Source: Euryarchaeota archaeon UBA88
GTDB lineage: Archaea > Thermoplasmatota > Poseidoniia > Poseidoniales > Poseidoniaceae
DNA length: 64,000 nt
Assembly (NCBI GenBank): GCA_002499545.1
Contig: DAME01000003.1
Location: forward strand, 77,089 to 141,088
Reading direction: 5' to 3'
The notes beneath the pieces were generated by a model. It was not told where the DNA came from and did not search any database. It saw only the letters and a list, made by a program, of their open reading frames with translations. Both the position numbers and the translations under genes were made by a program. Shown here piece by piece: positions 44,599 through 52,988 of this stretch. Within the stretch, counting starts at the first letter, position 1; each line of letters opens with the position of its first letter.

Positions 44599-44708
44599 GC
44601 CAAGACCGGACGAATTCAGCAGCACGCTTGTTCAAAATAGAGCGCAAAATACGGTTTATCGCCCTTTCACCCAAATGACTTCTTGAGGGAGAACCTTCTC
44701 GTAGTGCC

Positions 44709-45173
44709 ATGGAACCCTATTCTAAAGAACCGGCAACCTTGATTGAGGAAGTTTTCCCTGGCGACACAAACACCTACGACACGCTGTTTGGTGGAAGGCT
44801 TCTCTCCGTGATGGATAAGGCAGGCGGCATCGCTTGTTCTAAGTTCGCGCACCGCGAATTTGTCACCATTTCGATTGATACGCTTACCTTCATCGCCCCC
44901 GCACGAAAAGGAGACCTTCTCGAGGTATCTGGGAAAGTTGTGTTCACAAGCAGCCATACTGCGTGTGCCAAAGTTACTGCTTTGGCGGTTAGCAAGTCGA
45001 CATGGGAAAAGAAAAAGATTTGTGAAGGGTACTTTTTCTTTGTCGCCATCGATTCAATGATGCGTCCAATCCCCATTCCCCAATTTGTTGTTGAAGAGGA
45101 AGAGGAACGTGAAGACTGGGAACGCGCCAAAGAGATTCGTGAGCACATGCTTTCGATGAAAAAGAAGAACTGA
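44709..45173 (+). CDS. Acyl-CoA thioesterase (hot-dog fold, YciA/BFIT-like)
   Basis: 154 aa. NTYDTLFGGRLLSVMDKAGGIA...REFVTISIDTLTFIAPARKGDLL is typical of acyl-CoA hydrolases. Confidence 0.75.
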   Translation: MEPYSKEPATLIEEVFPGDTNTYDTLFGGRLLSVMDKAGGIACSKFAHREFVTISIDTLTFIAPARKGDLLEVSGKVVFTSSHTACAKVTALAVSKSTWEKKKICEGYFFFVAIDSMMRPIPIPQFVVEEEEEREDWERAKEIREHMLSMKKKN

Positions 45174-45216
45174 TTCCAACCCCTACATTGATGTGGAACA
45201 TTCGGTTGGGGGAGAC

Positions 45217-46239
45217 ATGTCTGTCCTCAACATTGCAATGATTGGTACCGATGATTTGGCACGAGAAATTGCGAAACCAACCGATCAACGGGACGTTCAC
45301 ACCTATGTCCACAAGGAATCAGGCCCCGACGGTCCGCGTATTCTTTCGATTATTCGGCCAGCAAAATACCCTGAGCGGTTGAGGCCCTTTCTCAATGCAC
45401 TTTCTGCAGCCCGAGTCGGTATTATCGAAGTTGAGGCTGTAGATGCAACACTCGGGGAATCATTGGTCGCATTCGCCAGCGCAGGTATCACCAAGGGAAT
45501 CGCAATTATCAATCCGCCAGCTGGCCAGTGGATTGACGAAGACCAGGTCAAAATGCTGTTTTCTCAAGCAGGGCTCAGCGACTGGACTTTCGGTTCAAAG
45601 GACGGTATTGAATTACGCAATCTTTTGTACTCCTTCATGGATGATATTTCAGAAATTCTAGCCTCCAACGCTGAAGCTCCTCTGGTCATCCCTGTCGACC
45701 AATATTTCAACGTCAAAGGCATTGGTTTGGTCGCCATAGGCTACGTTCAATCTGGAACCGTCAACGTTCACGATGAACTCGTACTTTTACCGGCTAACGG
45801 TACTGGAAACGCAAAATCCCTCCAAGTCATGGACGATGACGTGCCCTCTGCCGTGGCTGGAGACAGGGTTGGTCTCGCACTTCGAAATGCCAAAGAAGAC
45901 CATCTGGGAAGCGGGACGCTGTTGGTGCGACCTGCAGTGGAAGACAAGAAAACAAACACCAGCATACCCCTTGCCGTTGTAGCCCACAATCGTTCGACCA
46001 TGAAACTCACCCGCTCACCCTTCCAAAAGCGGGAACTGGCAGTGGGTGATGTGGTCCATGCCAGCGTCGATCTGCAATTCGTTGTAGGGAGAGTCACATC
46101 GACAGATTCTGAAACAATGGAGGTGGCTTGGGAAGTGCCGCTTTTTATCCGGAGAGAAGACCCCCAACCGACGCTGATTGCACAATTGGATTCAAAACCA
46201 AGAATCATGGGTAGTGCAACGCTTGTATTCATTGAATAA
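45217..46239 (+). CDS. EF-Tu/SelB-like protein with degenerate G domain
   Basis: IPVDQYFNVKGIGLVAIGYVQSGTVNVHDELVLLP...AGDRVGLALRN is an EF-Tu domain 2 beta-barrel. The N-terminal IAMIGTDDLAREIAK replaces the GxxxxGKS P-loop. Start taken at Met9 with GGGGGAG upstream (the track ORF starts at GTG 45193). Confidence 0.55.
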   Translation: MSVLNIAMIGTDDLAREIAKPTDQRDVHTYVHKESGPDGPRILSIIRPAKYPERLRPFLNALSAARVGIIEVEAVDATLGESLVAFASAGITKGIAIINPPAGQWIDEDQVKMLFSQAGLSDWTFGSKDGIELRNLLYSFMDDISEILASNAEAPLVIPVDQYFNVKGIGLVAIGYVQSGTVNVHDELVLLPANGTGNAKSLQVMDDDVPSAVAGDRVGLALRNAKEDHLGSGTLLVRPAVEDKKTNTSIPLAVVAHNRSTMKLTRSPFQKRELAVGDVVHASVDLQFVVGRVTSTDSETMEVAWEVPLFIRREDPQPTLIAQLDSKPRIMGSATLVFIE

Positions 46240-46339
46240 TCGAGCCCACGGCGTTTCGAAAAGAGGCGCGATACCGCCCTTGAATGTCGATGAAGAATCG
46301 GTGGATTGATAACCCAGTAGACACGCTTCACCTGCTGGG

Positions 46340-48013
46340 ATGCGCATTCATGGACAGGAGGATGGTCCAGCTGATGCAGAAGACCGTGAGGTCTTCAAAG
46401 CGCTGCATTTAGCTGGCTCTGGTAAAGTTCGAGCCACGGTCGAAGAGCGTATGCTTTGGCTCGAAAACAAGCGAGGTCACGGCCTTGATATCCAGTTATC
46501 CAACATCTCAAGAGTGCATCATCACCACACGAGATTGATTCCTTTTTCATTCGCCCTTATCGGCGCAGGCCTGATTTGGATGGCCCAACGAATCTTGATT
46601 CCTCCTAGCCTACGGATGACATCAGCTGCCATCGGTGCATGCCTCATCCTTGGATGGATTGGAACTCGAAAACCGACACTCACACTCGACACAATTTCGG
46701 GAGGATGCCACACCCTTACTGGCCATGACTCATCGTTGATGCGACTCTCAACACTATTGAAGCGGCTGCAAGACGGTATGTCGATTGAAGATGCACGTAT
46801 AGGGCTGGACATTTTTGACCGAGAGACACCCTATCCACGAAATGCTTTGAGCGCACTCACAGAGGTTCCAGTAGAACCCATTCACATGAATGCCCCCGTA
46901 TCAATCGGGACATTCCTCAACGAGCACTTGGATGCAGATGATGTCCCAAGTTCCGTTGCATCGTTCGATATGTTTTCTCCCGAAGGAATTGACCTCGACT
47001 TCCAGGAACCAAACCTCGATGATTCGATGCCCGGATGGATGACAGGGGAGCAGGATGTAGGTGCGGTGACCAACGTTGGACACGGCCTACTTGAACGAGG
47101 TATTGCGAATGCGCATGACCGGAGGAACAACCATTTGCAATCCGCTACCCAAGTTCAGCATCAAAACCAGTTCATAGCACACCCAAATGCACCTGTTCAA
47201 GCCTATCCTGTTCAGCAACCGATGCCGTCATATCAGCAACTGCTTCAGGCATCGCAAACACCACTGCCTACTCACAACACGCCGCAACATTCCAATCAGA
47301 CACCTTCCGGATACCTACCTAGTTTTGTTGGACGAGAGGGAGCACACATACCTGGGATGCACCAGTCCATACCGCTCCAAAACGAAGCCAACGCCTTCCG
47401 CTCGCCTGATTCACTTCTGCCCTCTCCGGACATCGAAGATTCAACATCACTCATCGAAGCAGCACGAAGAGCTGAACCAATTGAAACTCCGATTGTTCAA
47501 ACTGCACCTTCCCAAAAACCTGTCAAAACTAACAGCAGACTGCGTCCTAAGAGCGTTAATCGGAGTGATTCAAGGTTAAGGCCCAAAGTACGTTCTGACC
47601 GCAATCGACGTCTACGAGTTCGAGACTTGGTCATTCCATCTGCCAGCCAATTGTTGGATGATGCCTCTGAGTATGCAAGTCGAATATTCAGCGGTAAAAA
47701 CAGTGGTGAGCACAAACAAACGACATCCACAACCGACCAGCTTCGTCAGCGTTCATCAGAAACTCATCAGGATGAAGCGATTGAATCAATCAAAAATTTA
47801 GCCCAAAGCAGAGGTGGAAATCTGCCAGATGAAGAAATAGGGCCAATGCTTGACCACCTGACTCGACGGCACTCACTGCTTGAGCAGCAGGAACAAGCGG
47901 AGGAAGAAACCGCTCCGGAGCTCGAAGACATCACGTTTGGTGATCTCAAAGAGAGTGAACAGCATTATGCTGATCATGCTGGAAAGGCCGGTCTTCCCCG
48001 AATCGACTTCTGA
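46340..48013 (+). CDS. Hypothetical membrane-associated protein with long disordered Q/P/S-rich C-terminal region
   Basis: 557-aa ORF. Two hydrophobic helices around aa 75-115, then low-complexity sequence. No family recognised. Confidence 0.5.
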   Translation: MRIHGQEDGPADAEDREVFKALHLAGSGKVRATVEERMLWLENKRGHGLDIQLSNISRVHHHHTRLIPFSFALIGAGLIWMAQRILIPPSLRMTSAAIGACLILGWIGTRKPTLTLDTISGGCHTLTGHDSSLMRLSTLLKRLQDGMSIEDARIGLDIFDRETPYPRNALSALTEVPVEPIHMNAPVSIGTFLNEHLDADDVPSSVASFDMFSPEGIDLDFQEPNLDDSMPGWMTGEQDVGAVTNVGHGLLERGIANAHDRRNNHLQSATQVQHQNQFIAHPNAPVQAYPVQQPMPSYQQLLQASQTPLPTHNTPQHSNQTPSGYLPSFVGREGAHIPGMHQSIPLQNEANAFRSPDSLLPSPDIEDSTSLIEAARRAEPIETPIVQTAPSQKPVKTNSRLRPKSVNRSDSRLRPKVRSDRNRRLRVRDLVIPSASQLLDDASEYASRIFSGKNSGEHKQTTSTTDQLRQRSSETHQDEAIESIKNLAQSRGGNLPDEEIGPMLDHLTRRHSLLEQQEQAEEETAPELEDITFGDLKESEQHYADHAGKAGLPRIDF

Positions 48014-48988
48014 TCAGCGAAGCATTGCTTCAAACGCTTCCATTCGCCGATCAAATTGTTCATCCGACATCGAATACAATGCGTCGGTGCCGAACGACTC
48101 GAGAGTGAAACTCGCTGATACGGTAGCAGCGATAAGGCCGTGACGCAGTTCATCTCTTGAAATTGGCCCGTGCCCCGATGCGAGGTGGGCTGCGAGCGAT
48201 CCGGCAAATGTATCGCCACATCCAGTAGGATCAACAACCAATGAGGCGGGATAGGCGGGCAAGGCGATGGTTTGGTCACCGTGAAAAGCGATGACGCCGT
48301 GTTCTCCGCGCTTGATAATCAGCGTCGTAACACCAATCATATCGATGACCTTCTTTGAAGCCGATATCAGATTCGATTCGTCCGCCAGCATTCTCACCTC
48401 ACCGTCATTGATGATTACAATGTCAACTTGATTCATCACCGCCAACAGAGGTTCACGGGCAATTTCAATCCAGAGGTTCATGCTGTCGAGCATTGAGCAT
48501 CGCCGTGGAGGGGCTTGAGACAGAACACTGGCTTGTACCATGGGGTGGAGGTTTGCACAAAATGTCACGTTCGGATGCTGATGCGTCGAAGGGACCTTTG
48601 GCTCAAAATGCTCGAAGACATTGAGGTGCGTTTCGAGTGTTGTGGCTTCTGCCATCGAACCTTGATAGGAACCTTTCCAGCAGAAAGTTTCTCCCTTTGC
48701 GGTTTCAATCCCACTGAGGTCAAGACTACGAGATGCAAGGAGTTCGAGGTCCGACTGGGCAAAATCTTCACCAACCACTCCAACCAAACCAACATGAGCC
48801 AACGAAGAGCGCTGTGCGTGGAAGCCGCAAGCAAGACCACCGTAGGTTGCAGAACCGCCAAGAGCACGCTCAACACTTCCATGAGGCGAAGTCACGCTGT
48901 CGTATGCGATACTGCCAACGACCAGTACATCCATGCCACAACCAACAGGACCAACCTCATGTCCCTTTCGTTGCGAATGGATGGTCAT
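48014..48988 (-). CDS. PfkB-family carbohydrate/nucleoside kinase
   Basis: VVGSIAYD...GGSATYG N-terminal motif and the DPTGCGDTFAG ATP-binding motif. Its ATG overlaps the accC stop as ATGA (48985-48988). Confidence 0.8.
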   Translation of the reverse strand: MTIHSQRKGHEVGPVGCGMDVLVVGSIAYDSVTSPHGSVERALGGSATYGGLACGFHAQRSSLAHVGLVGVVGEDFAQSDLELLASRSLDLSGIETAKGETFCWKGSYQGSMAEATTLETHLNVFEHFEPKVPSTHQHPNVTFCANLHPMVQASVLSQAPPRRCSMLDSMNLWIEIAREPLLAVMNQVDIVIINDGEVRMLADESNLISASKKVIDMIGVTTLIIKRGEHGVIAFHGDQTIALPAYPASLVVDPTGCGDTFAGSLAAHLASGHGPISRDELRHGLIAATVSASFTLESFGTDALYSMSDEQFDRRMEAFEAMLR

Positions 48989-50325
48989 CCGAGCAAGTCT
49001 TGGTGCATGTCGATGTATTGAATAGTGACATCACGATTCAGGAAGTCTTCCTCATCCATAATTCGTCGATGAAGTGGTATCAGATGTTCCACGCCGGTGA
49101 TGATGGTCTCATCCAATGCAGTACGCATCCGCTTGATTGCGTCATCCCGGTCTCGCCCCCAGACCAACAACTTCGCTAGCAGGGAATCAAAACATCCGGG
49201 CATCTCGTAACCGGGGTGCGCATGAGTATCAACGCGAACACCGTACCCTGACGGGAAATGACACTCCCATAATCGACCCGGACTAGGGATGAATTTACGT
49301 GGGTCTTCGGCGTTGAGACGGCATTGGATTGCATGCCCTCTCCACACGATGTCGTCCTGTGAAAGTGGCAACTGTTCACCTTGCGCGACACGGATGCCGA
49401 GTTCAACCAAGTTGTGTCCGGTGATGAGTTCAGTCACGGTGTGTTCAACTTGGACACGTGGATTCACTTCGAGGAAGTAGAAGTCGCCGTTTGCATCGCG
49501 AAGAAATTCAAATGTTGCTAGGCCTTTGTAACCAACGGATTCAGCCCCTCTACAAACCAATTCACCAATTTCTGCCCGCTTTTCATCAGTCAGCCAAGGA
49601 CCTTCCTCGACCAACTTCTGATGACGGCGTTGAATCGAACAGAAACGTTCGCCAAAATGAATTGCTTTTGTGCCATCTCCGAGAACTTGAAATTCGACGT
49701 GTTGAGCACCTTGAATGTATTTCTCAACGAAGACTCGCTCGTCGCCAAAGGCAGAGCGAGCTCGAGATTGGCACAGCTTTAGCGCACCTTCGAACTCGTT
49801 CGATTGTTCGACAATCTGCATACCAATTCCACCACCGCCAGCAGCGGCTTTAATGATCACGGGATAACCGATTTCTTCAGCGAGAGTAGAAGCAACAGAT
49901 GCATCAGAAATGGGTTCAGAGGAACCTTTTGCAGTCGGCAGTCCGGCAGCTTCCATTGCAGCTCTCGCCTCTATTTTATCTCCGAGAAGCGTGATGACGT
50001 CTGATGAAGGCCCGATAAAGGTGATTCCTTCCTCTGCTAATCGACGCACGAAGGTAGCATTTTCAGCGAGAAAACCATATCCTGGATGTACCGCATCACA
50101 ACCCATCTCCTTGGCAGCTTTAATGACAGATTCGATGTCAAGATAGGTGTCAAGTGGATTGGAGTGGTTGTTCGCATAGGCAACATCAGCAAACCGAACC
50201 GGAAGGGAAAGTCTGTCTTCTCGACCGTGAATAATGGCTGCTTCGATCCCCATGTCGCGAAGCGTTCGGAGAATCCTAAGAGCAATTTCTCCACGGTTCG
50301 CAATCAGCACTCGCTTGAAGCCCAT
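48985..50325 (-). CDS. accC: Biotin carboxylase subunit (acetyl-CoA / pyruvate carboxylase type)
   Basis: MGFKRVLIANRGEIALRI, ATP-grasp GGGGIGMQIV and EVNPRVQVEHTVTE. No BCCP or carboxyltransferase gene is adjacent, so the partner carboxylase is unresolved. Confidence 0.85.
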   Translation of the reverse strand: MGFKRVLIANRGEIALRILRTLRDMGIEAAIIHGREDRLSLPVRFADVAYANNHSNPLDTYLDIESVIKAAKEMGCDAVHPGYGFLAENATFVRRLAEEGITFIGPSSDVITLLGDKIEARAAMEAAGLPTAKGSSEPISDASVASTLAEEIGYPVIIKAAAGGGGIGMQIVEQSNEFEGALKLCQSRARSAFGDERVFVEKYIQGAQHVEFQVLGDGTKAIHFGERFCSIQRRHQKLVEEGPWLTDEKRAEIGELVCRGAESVGYKGLATFEFLRDANGDFYFLEVNPRVQVEHTVTELITGHNLVELGIRVAQGEQLPLSQDDIVWRGHAIQCRLNAEDPRKFIPSPGRLWECHFPSGYGVRVDTHAHPGYEMPGCFDSLLAKLLVWGRDRDDAIKRMRTALDETIITGVEHLIPLHRRIMDEEDFLNRDVTIQYIDMHQDLLG

Positions 50326-50526
50326 GAGTACGTCGAAGGGGAATTACTCTATGATGCCAACGGTGCTTTCAACCGAAAAGAACCGTTTTATCTCGTCACA
50401 TTTTTCTTCAATAAATCGATTGATTCCGTCATAATTTAACATCACCGGGACGGAAAATGTAGAAAAAGGCGCCTAAATTTTCTTTTTTGGGGAAACTTTG
50501 ATACTTGACTACTTCGATGGCGATAC

Positions 50527-51000
50527 ATGACGCAGAGACACCAAACAGGGGCAGAGGCCCTCGACCAACTCGCTGGAATCGATTTAAACAAAGACGGCCG
50601 CATCGTGAATTTAGTGATTTGCGGTAATTCGAAATTTTACGATTATTCTTGGCTTGAAGAACAATTAGAAGAATGGGTCAAGGCTAACGGCTATCCTGAT
50701 CTCGTGATTCTAGGGGGCGCCAGTGGCGTAGACTATCTGGCTGAACGATGGACGGACAACAACAACATCCGATTAGCCGTGTTCTCCGAAGCATGGTCTG
50801 CTCCGCGTCCAGACACCATGCAAGATACCGGTAGGCCACAAGCCCAAACTGATTTGGCCGACAAAATGCTCGAGCGAGCAACCCACATGTTGGCGTTTCC
50901 AGGCCCTGATTCAGTATGGACAAAGCGCATGGAAAGCCATGCAATGGAATTCGGCATACCTGTCAAGAGTGTGCCCCTGCCCGTCGAAGGCTTGGAATAA
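50527..51000 (+). CDS. SLOG-superfamily protein (DUF2493/YspA-like)
   Basis: LVILGGASGVDYLAERWTDNNNI...AWSAPR...DKMLERATHMLAFPG follows the GGAxGaD...W...Rn..Ml...vaF pattern of DUF2493 as I recall it. Confidence 0.5.
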   Translation: MTQRHQTGAEALDQLAGIDLNKDGRIVNLVICGNSKFYDYSWLEEQLEEWVKANGYPDLVILGGASGVDYLAERWTDNNNIRLAVFSEAWSAPRPDTMQDTGRPQAQTDLADKMLERATHMLAFPGPDSVWTKRMESHAMEFGIPVKSVPLPVEGLE

Positions 51001-51004
51001 CTCG

Positions 51005-52810
51005 TCAGTAAACGTCTCGTAAGTATCGCTTTTCTTCACGCATCATGGTCGTACCAATGAAGTGCGTCGCATCTTCTTCAGACATCCCGCCATGCTCCAT
51101 AGCGATGTCAATCAGTGCGCGATGAACGTCCTTTGCCATGTAGGTTTTATCGCCACAAATGTAGAAATACGCACCGTTTTCAAACCACTGCCAAATTTCA
51201 GCACCGTGCTCGATAAGACGGTGTTGCACGTAGATTTTCTCTTTCTGGTCACGAGACCATGCTGTTGTGAAACGATACAATGAGCCATTGTCTAACCAAT
51301 CTTCGATGGTTTCCTTGTAGTAGAATTCAGTTTTCGCTGATTGGTCGCCAAAGAACAACCAATTACGACCCTTTCCGCCATCGAACACACGTTGTTCCAT
51401 GAATGCTCGGAACGGCGCAATTCCCGTGCCGGGCCCAACCATGATGATGTCGGTGTCTTTGTCTTCGGGAAGTATGAACGACTTCGTGGGTGACATGAAC
51501 ACGCCGATATCCTTGCCCGTCATGTCGATTTCATCAGCCATGTATTGTGTGCACAGCCCACCACGAGGGCGGTCATTGTACTCGAAACGGACAATACCAA
51601 CAGTGAGTTCAACATAGCCGGGGTGTGCATCGTGCGATGAAGCGATTGAGTACAGACGAGGTTTCAACCGGTCAGCGAGTTCCAGAAACTCTTCAGGGGA
51701 ATACTTGACGGAAAATTCTCGCATGATGTCAACGTAATCGCGGGTCCACAGATAGTCCTCAATCGCCTTCGCATCGCCAACAAGCGCTTCGACTCGCTCA
51801 ACAGGGTCATTCTTGCCTTGAGCGCCGGGAAGACCGGGGGGGTTGGGCGATGATTCTGATGCAGTCCATTCGGAATCTGAGCGGTTTCGAGCGATAATTT
51901 TCACAGAAATTTTGAGACCCTTTGAGACCACCTTTCCGGCCAATGATTGAACGAACTTCTTGTTTGCTAGGTGGACTTCGAAATCCTTCTTGAGGGCAGT
52001 GTAGAGATCACGTTCTCCGTTGTGTGTGGTCACTGCATGGTTACGGTCCCATCCTTGTACCTCGATGAGTTCTTCGACAATGTGAGGTGGATTTTCTGCA
52101 ATCACTCCAAGAGCATCGCCGACTTTGTAGTCAAGTCCAGAGTCACCCAGAGCGAACACGATATGACGGGTTTCTTTCCGAGACCCCTCGCCGTTGAGAA
52201 TGTAATTCTCGGTGATTTGGGTTTGATATGGATTTTTATTGGTCCAAATAGACTTCGTTGAAGACGATACAGGAGCAGTTTCGACAGCGACTTCAGGCAC
52301 GTCAGATGTTTCATTCACTGATTCTTCAACGACCGTTTCGGGAACTGAAAGCTCGAGTTGTGACATCACGGGCAAGACCGATTCGACCCATGTTTTCCAC
52401 TCTGGTTCGAAATCGACATCGCACAATTGTATCGGATGGACACGAGTTCCACCAAGGGATTCGAACTTTTCATCCCAATCAAGACCTGCTTTACAGTATT
52501 CATCATACGAGGTATCACCGATGGCGCACACGGAGTAGTTTACGCCAGACAATGATGGGTTTTGCTCGCACACTGCAGTCCAGACGTCTTCGGAATTGTC
52601 TGGCATCTCACCGTCACCCCAAGTCGAGGTAATAATGAGGATGCGTTGATGCTTTGAAAAGTCCGCAGCGTTGAATCCTTCCATGTCATGTACGGTCGCT
52701 TCAAGATTGTGTTTAGCAGCAAGTTTACTCGTATCTTGAGCCAGTTCCTCTGCGTTACCGGTCTGTGAACCGAAAAAAATGGCTATGTTTCTATTCTGTT
52801 CGCCGGACAT
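51005..52810 (-). CDS. Diflavin (FMN+FAD) NADPH reductase, CysJ / cytochrome-P450-reductase-like
   Basis: Flavodoxin domain (IAIFFGSQTGNAEELA, ITSTWGDGEMPDN), FAD domain (KETRHIVFAL, RLYSIASS) and NADPH domain (GPGTGIAPFRAF), with a C-terminal RYLRDVY. Confidence 0.85.
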   Translation of the reverse strand: MSGEQNRNIAIFFGSQTGNAEELAQDTSKLAAKHNLEATVHDMEGFNAADFSKHQRILIITSTWGDGEMPDNSEDVWTAVCEQNPSLSGVNYSVCAIGDTSYDEYCKAGLDWDEKFESLGGTRVHPIQLCDVDFEPEWKTWVESVLPVMSQLELSVPETVVEESVNETSDVPEVAVETAPVSSSTKSIWTNKNPYQTQITENYILNGEGSRKETRHIVFALGDSGLDYKVGDALGVIAENPPHIVEELIEVQGWDRNHAVTTHNGERDLYTALKKDFEVHLANKKFVQSLAGKVVSKGLKISVKIIARNRSDSEWTASESSPNPPGLPGAQGKNDPVERVEALVGDAKAIEDYLWTRDYVDIMREFSVKYSPEEFLELADRLKPRLYSIASSHDAHPGYVELTVGIVRFEYNDRPRGGLCTQYMADEIDMTGKDIGVFMSPTKSFILPEDKDTDIIMVGPGTGIAPFRAFMEQRVFDGGKGRNWLFFGDQSAKTEFYYKETIEDWLDNGSLYRFTTAWSRDQKEKIYVQHRLIEHGAEIWQWFENGAYFYICGDKTYMAKDVHRALIDIAMEHGGMSEEDATHFIGTTMMREEKRYLRDVY

Positions 52811-52988
52811 TGAATCACCCTGTTCACACTGAACAATCCTTTCGAATTCGTGGTACTAATTGAAGGTTCGGAAATCACCACAAACAGAGAACAGAGGTTC
52901 TCGAGCATAGTTATAATTTTGCCAACGTAATCTAACATTTAGGGATTGCCAAATTGAGCATCAATCAAGGAAAAAAACGGTTCTTTAT

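Noticed and set aside
44094-44678. 194-aa plus-strand ORF spanning the 5' end of the giant surface-protein gene and its upstream region. Similar antisense ORFs include 14021-14614, 45768-46331, 38416-38943, 22308-22775 and 48515-49021.
   Set aside because: All lie antisense to, or out of frame within, long ORFs that have strong family motifs or coherent topology. Their compositions are typical of shadow ORFs.
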